From: Vicugna vicugna | Lineage: Eukaryota | Length of the DNA: 64,000 nucleotides | Assembly: GCA_013265495.1 (NCBI GenBank) | Contig: MU058138.1 | Coordinates: 3,921 to 67,920 of the forward strand | Reading direction: 5' to 3' | Shown: one piece after another, positions 1 to 13,567 of the stretch | Layout: each line of letters opens with the position of its first letter | Numbering within the stretch: the stretch's first letter is position 1 | Position numbers and translations under genes: made by a program | The notes under the pieces: generated by a model | Seen by the model: the letters and a program-made list of their open reading frames with translations, nothing else | The model's database searches: none | What the model was told of the DNA's origin: nothing

Positions 1-46
1 TTCTGCCTCAAGGCTACCAGGAGTCAATGTGCTGGGAGTCCTAGAC

Positions 47-160
47 ATGTAGCCAGAAAGCTTGGGACTGAATCCTGGTTTTCCTAATTATTAACTTTAT
101 GATCAATTATTTTAACAATATCAGTTCCCTCACCTGTAAAATGGAACTCACAGTGCCTAA
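47..160 (+). mobile_element. MIR SINE fragment
   Basis: Degenerate MIR core '...tcagttccctcacctgtaaaatggaactcacagtgcc' preceded by 'ctgaatcctggttt'. Confidence 0.65.
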
Positions 161-334
161 GTCAGGGGACAATACTGGGAAGCGCCAATGAGGCAGTTTT
201 GGACTACAGTGTTCACTTGCATCACAAAAACCAGGCATAATGGTTCTTCAGTAAACTGCACAATTGCTTCAACATCGAACTGATCAGAACACAGTGACAC
301 TATCCTAAACTGATGCTTTTTAGGCTCCACAAAT

Positions 335-460
335 TTGACTAAGAGAATCATCTGGGGAGCTTGTTAAACTATAGATTGCTGGATCTCAGTTTTGAAGATT
401 GTGATTTAGGAGGGCTGGCTGTGCCCAAGTGAATCCAAAAATTAGCCAGTTTAGGAACTA
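335..460. mobile_element. MER5-like hAT DNA transposon fragment
   Basis: 'agaatcatctggggagcttgttaaactatagattgctgg' resembles the MER5A core. Confidence 0.5.
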
Positions 461-2288
461 CTGGATGAAATCATTTTTGTCCATATTTATTTTGCCCAGT
501 ATCTGACTAGTGAAAAGTTATTAGGATTATGATTTTCAGAAATGTATCGTAAATGGTATGCACATTGATAATGGCATTAGTGATATTCAGCTTAAAAATA
601 GGTTTTATCTCCCAAATCTTTCTTACAATTAAAATCTATATAGTCACACACACATATGCAGGGACATGAATGGGTGTCTGTGTACATGTGTGTGAATTTC
701 CTGAAGGTATGTGCTGTAATTACCCAGTATTCCGGAACCTCTCATATATCAATTTATCTCTGTAATCTGATCATTTGCTGCAGTCAGGGTATGTCCCATT
801 TCTATTCCCCCACAAAGTTCACTCATGTTTGTAAAATAATTACTTTAGCTAAAAAAGAAGACTTTTTAAATTTCAAAAAGGAAAAAAAGTGACACACAAA
901 GAAAAAAGAAAAAATCGTCAAGGATATGAAACTTACTTTTTAAGGAAGCAATTTAGGGCACTTTTCTACCCTGAAGTCTACCTAGCTCAAACAACCTTGT
1001 GCTGAGAACATAGGCACTCTTAAGAAAGCCCTCAACCCAGAGCATTTTGTCCCTCAACTGGGCAGGGGTCAAAGCAATCAACAGTAGATTAGACTAAACA
1101 GGAAGAAAACCAGCTCAGTTCATGTGGCAGACACACAAATGGTCATCCCATTCAGAAACAACCTAAGTTTGAAAAGAATTTAGGTTGCAATGGTTGGCTT
1201 ATACATGTAGATAAATACCTACACCTTCTGTCTCTTTTAAATGTATTTAGTAAGCACACTCAGCCATTATATTGTGCAGAAGTTTCCCACAGAGACTCCA
1301 TGAAAATCAACTCAATGCCTTTTTTTTAAATTATCCCAGACACTGCTTCTGGTACAGAGGAAACAAAGCATCCCCTTTGCCTGGGCCCCCCCAGTGTAAG
1401 GAAAGCCACTAAGTCTTTCACAGGAGCAGGTTGTTCCAGCTTAATTGAATGAAGTAAACTTGGGGAAACACCTGACATTGCCAACTTGACCTCTGCTAAG
1501 CCTTCTGAACGTCAATCACCGTCCTCCAACACAAAGCCTTCTACTAGGCTTTCAGCCATTTCCCCTGCTTACACAGGTAGCTTATCTTAAGGATTCCATG
1601 GTTTCAGTTATCATTTCTGACCTCATTGTGAAATAAGTATTATTTCCATGCTGGGTTTTATGTCTAAGCCTGCAGAGGTATTTGCAGGTTTGATTGAGTA
1701 AAGAGCATCTCATTTCAGCCTTTTGTCCACCAAGATCCAATAACTTATTTTAAAGGAAAAAAAAGTTTTAATTTATGAGAACATAAGTGAAAAAGCTCAA
1801 AGGAATAACACCGGACAGAAACTGTCCAAAATCATAATTTTTGGTATTTCACAAGAACATTCAAAAATAGTATGCTCAAGAAAACAATTTGTAAAGAGCT
1901 ATCATAATCCTTATTATTATCTTCAATATATTAACATGCAAAATAAGTAATTGTCAGATTCCCTAAATTATATAAAACAATCTAAAAGGTTATTGTGAAG
2001 ACCATATACCTGCTATACTATGCTCGGCTATGATTAGTCTGTATTTCAGTTTGCATTTAAACAATTGTAATACAAAATATTGGAGAAAATTATTGTCATT
2101 GTATTTATTCCAACAGTATTATACAGAATAGAGTAAACATTCATACTGTTTTGTTCCTGGAACTTCTGTCATAAAATATTCGAGGTTAAATGATAAAACA
2201 TGCTTCATAAGATAGATACAGAATTTATTTCAAGTAACTCAGTTTTCCCTATTCTCATCAAAGGGAAGAGTTTTTGTGAATTTGTTAC

Positions 2289-2419
2289 CTGAGTTTTCTA
2301 TTTCCTCTTCAGTCACTTGTTCCAAATCCAGGCTTCACCAATTCTCTTTGGTCCTCGAAGATGAAGGTTTAGTTCAATGAAGGTGAGGCAGGATTTCCAT
2401 CACATCAACCCTCGTGTGA
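2289..2419 (-). other. Candidate 131-nt non-coding exon of a gene lying left of the window
   Basis: Minus strand acceptor tcttctctctgcag (AG at 2421-2420) and donor CAG|gtaac (GT at 2288-2287) in non-repetitive sequence. No transcript evidence. Confidence 0.35.
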
Positions 2420-4619
2420 CTGCAGAGAGAAGATCAGGATACATTTAATCACTTTGTCACGTAAGCATATATCTCTCTGCCTCCACAAGACATGACCATA
2501 TTCTTCAACTTTTATAAACACTTTACAGTTTAAATTATTGAATTATTCAGAGCTGGCTTCAGGAATATATAGTTGATATGACTGATAAGCCATCAAATTT
2601 GAAAGCTGTCACTGAAAATATATATCAAGAACAAATTTAAAGCATTATTATGTTGAACTGACCAAATTAATTGAACAAACCTTTAATAATATTTCAGTCA
2701 ATAATGCAGAGAGCTAAATAATTAAAAAGATAGGTTTTACTTGGGGTATTTTTTAAGCATTTATATGATTATTTTAATATGATTCATGCCTAGGAAAGTA
2801 ATGGTTTATATTTTACATTTTGACCATAACATTACTACTCAAGGAGAAATCTTCCCCCTGGTAAGAGAAGCTATGACTGGGCACTTAATCAACAATGAAC
2901 AGTAAATCACTTCAGAGTTGTTAAAACAGTTTGTCCCCAGGGCTGCTTGTTCAAGATTAAATTCACTGAGGAACCATGCTCTAGAGAACTGAGATCTTCT
3001 GTAAATCCTACCAGCACATTGTATATCTTCAGAGGCTTCTGCTGCCAATCACTTTAGGGGAATTAAGAGGGAAAATTGCATTCTAATACCAAAGAGTAAG
3101 TCATTTATTAAGAGCAAAAACATAAGGTTGTGTAAACAAGAATTTTTATTTTCATTTAACCAGTGTATACTTGAAATCCTCAAAAGCAAGATGGTACTGG
3201 AGAGAAGTAAAAGGCGAAGACTTTGTGTATGGCAGATTTACTGAGGGAGATTATGGCTAATCAACTTAATAAAATTTCAATTTAGCTCAAATAATGTCCA
3301 CATACAAAATTTCAACTCAGAACATTGTCCGAAAGAAAACAATCTTTCTTAAAAAGAAATGCAGAAACAGGTAATTAGGACTTATAATTTGAAAGAGATT
3401 ATTATAAATTAATCTAAGAAGGAAAACTTAAAAGCTAAATTTAGATGTCTTTTATTTAGCTATGGCAGGTCCCTAAATCTGAATGTTTCTACAAACTACC
3501 TAACAAAACACACAACAGCATAGACAATATTCTGTACACATAATCTAATACAATATACAATACAATACAATCGGCACATAAGATCACACATAACTAACAC
3601 ATACAGCATAAATAAGTCACTGAGAATACACAAATTTCAAATTAACCCTAAAGAAATAAACATCAAATTCCAGCAGAGAGATCTCTGGAGCTTATGGTCC
3701 AAGCCTAAGAGGAGAGTGAAGGAAACCTGAAATGGGTGCAGAGAACAGAATAAGGAAGTAACAATCCCAAGGAAGGTAGACCACAGCCCTACTTACATTT
3801 ACTAAAGAGTAAATCACACACAACTTTTAAATCATTAAAGAAAAAGATCTGCGATCTGGCAAGTCAGAGTGTACAGAGAAAGAACTTGACAGTGTGTAGG
3901 AGCTAAGATGATGTTTTCAAAAGAGCATCACTTCTGGGGGAGATGAGGATGAAGAGGAATAGAAGAAGCTAATGTAAAAGATGGTAAAGTAAAAGAAAGA
4001 ATTAAGAAGAAGAAATAGAGATCCTGAGGAAACAAACAAAAATGACAAAAACTAAATTACAACAATGCTTCTTTTCTTATTTAAAAAAATACTATGCTTA
4101 AAAAATAGTCTACTCAGAACTAGAAATTTTGTAAGACACCCAAAACCATCTACTTTTATCCTGTTGACATAGAAGGCTTACTGCAGGACTTCAAAATGAA
4201 GAGAAAGCAAAATCAGTGTAACTCCATATAAAGCTACAGTAAAAATATACCAGAAAATGAGTATCACTACAATTTAACTCATGGTCATTCCAAAAGAACC
4301 AGGAAGAAAAAGAAAACTGTTACAAAATTTTGTGGGTTGGATTTTGTAGGAAATAGTTTCTGACACAAAGATCTGTATGAAGATTTATTGGTGTATGACT
4401 TGGAGAATAACACTTATAACAAAACATTGAAAACGATTGAACAGAGAAAGAAACCAATAAGAAGTGCAGTTGCAACAAATGTCTCAGTCAATATAAGAAG
4501 TGCTAAGGTCAGGACAGTCTCAAAGATGTCCCAAATCAAGGCAAATTGGCTGGAACTTTGTACATTTACATCAACCAATAATTAGGTGCAGGCAAAGATG
4601 AAGCATGTTGTAGCAGCCT

Positions 4620-7600
4620 GTCAAATATGCATAACTTGAATCTAATCATAGGGAATTACCAAATTCAGATTGAGAGTTATCCTACAAAGCAAGTGGGAGA
4701 TAGCCCTCAAAATGTTAATGCAGAAAAAAGTCACAGAAGTTCTGAGGAACAGGTCAAAATAAACTACAGAGAAGTAACAATCAAATTCAATAAATGATCT
4801 AAGATTTGACCTTGGACTAGGAAAAAAAATACTGTAGAGTTCATTAGAATAGTTGGTGCTGTTTGAATATGGGCATATATTTGGCAGTAATATAGTATAA
4901 ATGTTATACTTAATTTGATAATTCTCTGTATATATGCAAGAAAATATCTTTGTTCTTATAGTATATACATGCTGATATATTTAGGAGGAAAGAGTCATGA
5001 TGTTTGATGGAAAGGAGACAGAACATCAAAAACAATCTTGAAAAAGAATTGCCTGGTTTCCTGACTACTACAAAATACAGTCATCAAGATATTGTTACTG
5101 ACATAGGCCAGACAGATGGCTCAGTGGTACAGAATTGAGTCTAGATATAAATCCCTATGCTTATGGTCAATTCATTTTTGACAAGGGTGCCAAGACAAGT
5201 CAAAAGGCGAAAGAATAGTCTTTTCAACAAATGGTTCTAGAACAATTGGATATCCACAGATAGAAGAATGAGACTGGATTCTTACTGCTATGGTCTGAGT
5301 CTCTGTGTCTCCTCAGAATCCATATGTGGAATTCCTAATCCCCAAAGGTGATAGTATTAGTAGGTGGGTCCTCTGAAAGATGGTTACAACATGAGGAAGG
5401 ACCCCTCATGAATGGAATTAGTGCTCTTCTAAACAAGATCCCTCAAAGATTCCTAGTTCCTTCTGCCACATGAGGATACAAATAAAAGTCTGCAGTCTGG
5501 AAAAAAGCATTCACCCAACCATGCTTACACCTTGATCTCAGACTTCCAGCCTCCAGAACTTTGAGAAATCCATTTCTGTTGTTTATAAACTACCCAGTCT
5601 GTGATATTTTGTTACAGCAGCCTTAACAGATTAAGAAACTTACCTTACATCATGTACAGTATTAACTCCAAATGGACTAAAGAAAAAATCTGAGCCAACA
5701 CCACTGATTCTTAGTATAAAATATGAGTAAATATTAATAATCTTGAATTATGCAGTATTTTTTAAGATATGACACCAAAACCATAAACAATAAAAGGAAA
5801 AGTAAATAATTTTAGCTTCATTAAAGCTAAAACTGCTGGGTTTCAAAGGATAAAAATCAGTAAAGTGAAGATAAGCCACAGAATGAGAAAATACATTTGA
5901 AAACCATATATCTGATAAAAGAAGCCTTACAATTCAATCTTTGTTTAACATTTTATAAAAGGATTTGAATAGACATTTCTCTGAAGAAAACATAACAAAA
6001 AAACTAGAAGCATATGAAAAAAAATGTTCAACATCAGTAAATAATAAGAAAATGCAAATCAAAGACCCCAAAATTCTTTGATCTTGAAATCTCTTTGTAA
6101 ATAGTTTTCAGTAGTTCCTTTGAAGAGTGGTATCTGTTCCCGTCAGGACACTGACATACAGGGTGGGGATGATAATTTTTAATGAACACATCCCCATTGA
6201 AGCTAAAAATGAATCAAGATTTCTCTATTCACAGTCATTACCCCATGTTTTCCTATATCAAGTAATATAATGATATATTAAGGAGAAATGTGATATAAAA
6301 TATTTGAAGAAAGTTATTAGAAAGAAAAATCATTAAGATAACATTATCTTTCTAGCAAACCCAAAAGAGTTAACTGAAGATCTTTCATACTAAATAAGAG
6401 TTCAGTAAAGTGGCTGAATTCAAGAGTAAATTGATAAATATTTCTTAGTTATTTTCTTGAATTCTAGCTATAATTATTTAGAAAATAGGATGTGGAAAAA
6501 TATTTTTCATAAGTATAATCCAAATTATAAAATATACATTAAAAAAGAAAGATGTGAACGATCTGTATGATGAAAACAAAGGAATTACTGAAGAATATCA
6601 AAGAAGACCTAAATAAACACAGATATTTTCATATTTCCATGGAGAATGATTCAACGTGAACAAGATATCAATTATTTTCCTAATTAATTAGACATTTAAT
6701 ATATTGTCAGTCAAAATTTTCATAGTTTCTACAACTTCTGAAATTATTCTAACATTTACATGACAAATAATTGTTCAAAACACAAAATCTTGTCTTTAAT
6801 AAGAGTATTGAGTTATAGGTCTCTTAGCAGATATTAAAATCTACTTACAAGAACTAAAAAAGATGGAGTATTGGCTTAGGAATAAGCAACTGGTCAAAGG
6901 AAAATATCCTACAAATAAATACAAAAGCATTTGGACATTAAACATAGTAAACATGACATATCAAATTAGGTAAGTAGGTAAGATTTTTGGAAACTGTGCT
7001 GAAAATTTTGTTTTAAGGTAACAGATAACAATTTGCAAAGTAGATTTAAATTCTTTATACATAGGCACACACACAAACATACACATACATTTTCTCACTT
7101 TCTGTAAAATCTCCCCCACACATGTGTGCACATATGTGTACTTAATGCTTTAAAATACAAAGACATAAGTAAAGTAGAAAAAAATTATAAATTATTATAT
7201 AATATTGAAGTTAAAAGGCAGAAACTCTGATAATAGTGATCAACAACATTAAAAGTATAACACTTCCACACTACCAAAACACTATCTAGGAGAAATTTTT
7301 TGTTTTATACTAAAACATAAAATCTTTCCTAAGTCAATAAAACATTTTGAACATGCCAATTAAATTGGATGAAATATATGAAAAAGCAATTCACAAAAAT
7401 GTACCAATGGCAAAATACTTCACTATTAAGTAAATAAAGCAAATTATTGACATAAAATAAGATATAATTTTGCTTATAAAAAGTTAGAAATATTTATAAA
7501 AATCTATGTTCAGTAATGCTGTGGACTAGAACAAGAATACATAGAAAGGCATTTATTAAAAATATGAAAGAATATTTGTGAATTTTTTCAAATTTTAAGA

Positions 7601-9120
7601 ACCAAATTTAAAGGCCTAATTGGGTGCAGATTTATGCTATATTTGGTGTTGGAAGGGTCAACTGTTAATGGCTTCAATGCAATTTCAATATAAAAATCCC
7701 AATGGCTTTTTTTCAACATGACAAGCTGAATTAAAATGTATGTGGAAACAAGACTTTTTTCACTTCATAAAAAAGATTGAAAGACTTGTCCTATCAGACA
7801 TAAAAACTTATTATAAACTTACATAAATAAACACAAGTTTAGAAAAATTAATCAGTTGACAGTAATAAATAAACCAGAACTAGAATCAGACATAAATGAA
7901 AACTCAATATGTGATAGGATGGATTATTCAATAAGTGGTGCTTAGACAATTGGCTATCTACACTGGAAAAAAAATGAAAAGGGCACTTTACAGCATATAT
8001 ATAAATCAATGTTCAATGGATTAAAGTTGGAAACTAAAAAATGCAAACTTTTGAAATATTTAGAAGACAATATAGATTGACATTTTTCTGGCCATACTGT
8101 AGAAATGATATGATAAGAAAGACATAGAAGTGCTAACTTAAATCCACATAAACACTGAGAAATTTGATTACATTTAGAAGTTCCCATTCATCCAAATATA
8201 TGAAAGAAATGTAGAAAAGAAAAACCACAAACTGGGAAAAGATTTTTGCAATGCATACAAACAAAAAAAGAATTAGTACAGAGAATTCATAAAGAACTCC
8301 AATAAATTTATGATAACAGAAAAACAACCTACTAGAAAAATTGACAAAAGCATGAATACATGTTGAGTAGAACCTGAGAAAAAAATGAATGTTTAATAAA
8401 CATGCAAATATGTTCAAATTCAGTAGCAGTAAGCATTGAAAAATAAAACCATAATACAGTCATAGTCTTATACTCATTAGATTTTCAAAAACATTAAACA
8501 TCTGACAGTATCAAGCGTTGGTTGTGACATGGACTTAACGGATCTGCTTCATATGGCTAACAGGAATTCACCTGACAATACAGGTTTAGAAGAAAATTGC
8601 AACTATCTGTGATTGTGAACTTGTAATACTACTTAACAGAAAGACGATTCTTTCAGGATGTTTATAGCAGCATCATGTGCATTATCAAAAATTGGAAACA
8701 ACCCAAATGACCACTGACTGGATGGTCTATTCAGATATGGAATAACATACAGCAGGGGAAATGGTGGGACTAGAGAAATGTCCAATCACATGAACAAATA
8801 TTAGAAAAGTTAATTGACATTGTTGAGAAAAGATCCAGAAAGCCACATACTACACAGAGTAATTTTAATAAAGAACATGAAACTTCAAATAATATACTTT
8901 AAGAATACATACATCTATAGTTAAACTGTTCTTAACAGTGGTTAACAAAGAGTTCAGCATTGAGATTATCTCTGGGAAGAGGCAGAGGAAGGGAGTCAGG
9001 GCAATATACATTGGTAGTTTCAGTGATATTGATCATATTCTGGGTAAGATACTACAAAACAGATATAAATTGCATATATTAATGGATATGCATGAAAATA
9101 TATAATAAAATTTTTAAGTA
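4620..9120 (+). mobile_element. Patchwork of old, degraded L1 (L1M-type) ORF2/3' fragments
   Basis: L1 ORF2 motifs such as 'tttttgacaagggtgccaagac...gaatagtcttttcaacaaatggt' (5175-5235), 'aaccacaaactgggaaaagatttttgcaatgcata' (8223-8257) and 'ggaaacaacccaaatg' (8694-8709); A-rich strand bias. Confidence 0.75.
5286..5638 (+). mobile_element. MaLR solo LTR (MLT1A/MST-like) nested in L1, with 5-bp TSD
   Basis: Starts TGCTATGG, contains 'ccttgatctcagacttccagcctccagaactttgagaaat', ends 'cagattaagaaa'; flanked by CTTAC at 5281-5285 and 5639-5643; L1 sequence is continuous across it. Confidence 0.85.
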
Positions 9121-10179
9121 AGAAAAATTCTAAAACATTTATTTTAGAAAAGAAAATCCTTAAAAAGCAAGATAACATTCCATAATACAATGAGAGCAAA
9201 TCTATCTTCTTCCTAATTTGAGATATTCCAGAAGGGACTGCACACTGAGAAAAAACCTGATTTTTTTTACATAAAATTGAAAAACAAAATTCTGTTTACA
9301 CAGAAACAAATTATTATTAAGTCTGAAAGTAAAAAGTATTTAAGTTGAATATGACTTTTAGGGAATACACTGCTTATGCAAAATAACACATCTCTTTTCC
9401 ATATCTTCAGTGTCTCCAAGACAAAATAAGAAGTTCTGTCTACTGTTTGAAGAGCAGCAAAAATGCTCAGATAACTAGTGAAGAAGAGCATGAAAATATA
9501 TTGACAATTTGGATTAGTGTGGTTTTCTAGCCTCTAATCAAGAACCAGAATCTGTTTTCATCTCAACCACATCCCATCTAACAAAACAGCTCACTGATCA
9601 TGTCTTTAAATGAACACAATAACTTCTCCCATCTGAATATCCTGCACTACAAACTCAAAGACATTGACCTGAGTAACAGAAGTCATCTTAAAGATGAATG
9701 CATTATGCAGCTACAGAAATTTGCTGTGCCAAAAAAAATAATTTTAACACTTTAAAATTTAAAAACCATTCTTTTGGCCCTCAGAAATTTGTTCTAAATA
9801 TTAGCCCAATTGTTTTCCCAAAAATTTGGGTGAAAGTAAATTTTGAAGGTTAGCTTGTTTTTCACAACTCTCCCTTCTATAGTCCCATTTTAGTATAAAC
9901 TGTGAAAAATAAATTTACAGGGTGAACTTAGTTTATTTTCTCTTGTAATAGGACAAAAACCTGTGTCTCTTATTCATCCTGCAGAACTTGCCTATTAGAT
10001 TGATTCAAGCCTTAAAGGACAGTTTATTCTACTTTTTTGATGCTTTTGTATAAATAAAGAAAAGCATCTCTGTGGAGTCTGTTGAATTGGCTAAATCATC
10101 CATTGTTAGAATGTCCTGCCTGGTCATTGCCTTTAGGATTAGTGACAAATGTGTTCAGTGTGGGTGACACATTCTTATT

Positions 10180-11101
10180 CTACCTAGTTAACTTTTTCTC
10201 CCAGAGTTTTGCCATAGCACTTTTCATCTCTGAGTTTCTCAAGGTGTATATTAAAGGGTTCAACATGGGAGTGATGACAGTATAAACCACAGTTATGGAT
10301 TTATCAATGGGAAAGTTGGAAACAGGTCTCACATACATGAAACTATAGGGAATGAAGAAGAGTTCCACCACTGTGATGTGGGAACTGCAGGTAGACAGGC
10401 CTTTTCACCTCCCTTCCTGACTATGAGTTTTAAGGGAATTTAGGATGACCCCATAGGATGTTAGTAGAAGGATGAATATGACCATACAGATTGCTCCACC
10501 ATTGGCAACCACAGTGAAACCCACACGGTGAGTGTCAGTACAGGCAAGTTCCAACAATGGGTACATGTCACAGATGAAGTGATTAATGACATTGGGGCCA
10601 CAGAAGGGGAGATGTTACACAAAGAGAAGTTGAACCATGGAGTGCAGGCAACCTCCAACCCAGGCCACCACCAGCAACAGGATGCAAACCTGCCAATTCA
10701 TGACGGTCAAGTAGTGCAGGGCCTTTACAGAGGGCCACATAGTGATCATAGGCCATCACCACCAGGCAGAAGACCACAGAGCCCCCAAATAAATGTTCTA
10801 GGAAGAGCTATGCCATGCAAACTGAGAAGGAGATTGTCTTTTTACCACAGAGTAAGTCTCTAATCAATTTGGGTGAAATGACAGTGGAGTAAACTGCATC
10901 CATGAGGGACAGATAAGCAAGGAAGAAGTATGTGGGGGAGCCCAGGGAGGGGCTGGCAAAGACAGTCACCATAATGAGCAGATTACCCACCATCATCACA
11001 ACGTAGATGAGTAACAACAAGACAAATAATGCTTTTTGCCCCTCAGGATTCTGAGTGAGGCCCAGGAGAACAAATTCTGTTAGATTGTTGCTATGTCCCA
11101 T
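10180..11101 (-). pseudogene. Olfactory receptor family 4 pseudogene, OR4A5/OR4A16-like
   Basis: OR motifs [36 protein letters not shown]. Stops at 10808-10810, 10615-10617 and 10405-10407, and a +1 frameshift near 10722. Splice acceptor at 11153-11154. Confidence 0.95.
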
Positions 11102-12509
11102 TTAGTCATCTGTGAGGCCAGTGTCAGGGATGAGAGATCAGGAGACCCAGACCTGTAATGAGATTGTGAACATGACTATGAATATATCTGTTACATTACA
11201 GAGCATATCTGTGTGTCTGTATGTCTACAGTGGTTTGCACACAATAAGCATTTGGTAAATATCTACTGAATTCTTCTTCCAAAAGCCCATCACACCTTCT
11301 CTTGACAGTTCTATTTCTCCTCAGATGATTTTGTTGGGACCACAAATAAGAGGTTATATCTCTATGTCTTAGTGGATCTTCTATAGAGAAGTGTAGTCAA
11401 AGACCCAAGAGGCAGTCATAACTTTAATAGAACCTTATTGAAACTAGGTCAGTTCATGACACAGAAGTCAACAAAGACAAGCAAGTAAGGGTCCCTGCTC
11501 TCTAGAAACTTACTCTTCAGTGGTGACAACAAACTCTAAGTAAATTGGCATAGAGTCAGTCCTTTGAGTTGGCAAAATTTGTAGTGAGTACCTTTACAAT
11601 AGACCCAGGCAGCATCAAAACTAACATCTTTTCTGGATTAACTCCCTTAATACTATGATAGCCAACTCTTAGATATTCAATCCCTCCCATTTCAAAGGCT
11701 GTTTGGTCTTCATGAATCTCTCATTAAAGTCCAAGGCCCTGGAATCTGGACAGTGTCAAATAATTGCAAAATACTTAGCCCGTTGTTCCCTGCAGCAATT
11801 ATGTCATCTCTTTGACTATCAGGTTCTTAAGGAGTTATAATTCTCTTCTTTTAATGTTTACCTATACCACAATGCTTAACACACATACACTACATAGCCA
11901 TATTTCAGAATACATTTTAGAATTGAAATGACTCATGACTACCACCAACTATTACATTGGCAGGTTAACAGCTAGTATTTTTTCTCCAAAACACTTGGGG
12001 TGAGCTAAGTAGTGATGGAGGAGAAAATAGACACTAAAAGGAGAGGCAGAGTACAATGGGATATGGTTTTACTTATAATGCTTATGTACTGAGAGTGCTC
12101 AAAAATAGGATTTCAGTGCCCGGATTCCAAACAGCAGCACACTCAAGGGAAAAATCCAAGCTCAGTGTGAGAAGACATGTGTCTGGGTCATTTTCTAAAT
12201 GTAGTTACAAGTCTGTATCAGTGTGCTCACTGGACGATAGAGATCAAACTAGATGCTCTTAGAACCCTTGTGAGTGTAACCACCTGTGATACTTTTTGTG
12301 TAGTCTTGCCTTATTCTCCTCTGCTGACTTTTATTTCTTCTTTCATATTTTCATAAGTAAACACAATTTCTCACCCTTATCACTGTCACTGGAGAAACAC
12401 TAGCCAGTGGGAATGAGATTTGATAATTACAGAGATCAAAGAGTGATCACAGGTTTATCATTCAGCGTGTTCCTATTTATGATCCCAAGCATCCTTGAAG
12501 AAAGCACAG

Positions 12510-12750
12510 AACACAGCAGTGAACAATGTGAGCTCTGGGGCTGTACTGCCTGTGTTGGAATCCCAGCTTCACCACTGAATGGGTGACCTTGGACAAGTTA
12601 ATAAATCTCTCTGTGCCTCAGTTTCATCATTTTTAGAATTGGGATCTCAACAGTGCCTACTGCTTAGCGCCATCATTTTATTGGAATTAAAGCACCTAGA
12701 ACCCTCCCTGGCACCTCGTACAGGCTCAATAAATGATGGTGATAATTAAT
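12510..12750 (+). mobile_element. MIR SINE
   Basis: 'gggtgaccttggacaagttaataaatctctctgtgcctcagtttcatcatttttagaattggg...gctcaataaatg' matches MIR core and tail. Confidence 0.85.
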
Positions 12751-13567
12751 GTTTTTTAATGCTTTACTATGAACATTGTATCAGAACAAATCATCTGGAT
12801 TTTGTCAATCTGACAAAAAGTATAGACATAGTTCAGGATAAAAAGAATAATATGTTCAAACATGGTTGCCGTGATAATTATAAATATCTGCATATAAAGG
12901 CCCATATCAAGCTGCCAGAACAGAATGGGCACATATTCCTTTATACTGTAGCAAACTTGACATGATCTACAATTTTAAATTATCTAATTTAAAAATATAA
13001 AAGAAATTATAAATATTAACATATCATTTAAAATATAATTAACCCATAATTCAAGATTATCAATCCACAAATTTATTTGTAATATGCTACATTTCTCTTT
13101 GTTGTTTGGGAAAATGGACAATAAATATCTTTCATGTTGTAATACTAACACCAAATACATACAAATATTCCAGCTAATTTCTGTGTTTTTTTCTAGCTTG
13201 ATTTTCTCAACTGAGACTTCATCCAATGAAAATATAAGATATTTAAGATTATAGCTATATTTAACAACATATCAGATGAATTTTCAGTGATTATCCCTTG
13301 TTAATTGTTTCAAGAACCCACCTCTTGGGTTTTTTCCTTTGTCTTTAAAGATTAGTGCTTCTTCCTCTAAGGGTAACTGCAGATACTTCGCGTATCTATG
13401 TGTGATCATAGAACACATAGTATTGTATGGCTGAGCAATGGATCTATAAATCATTTCAAATGGTCACACTTTCTGTACTTCCACACAATCTCCCCATCAC
13501 ATCAGTCTTTCAGGTAAATGTAGAAGCATCTGACATGGATGCCTAGAATATAAAGACACTGAAATAC

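Noticed and set aside
10082..10863. Plus-strand ORFs of 67-111 aa overlapping the OR pseudogene
   Set aside because: Antisense shadows of OR coding sequence with no independent protein features.
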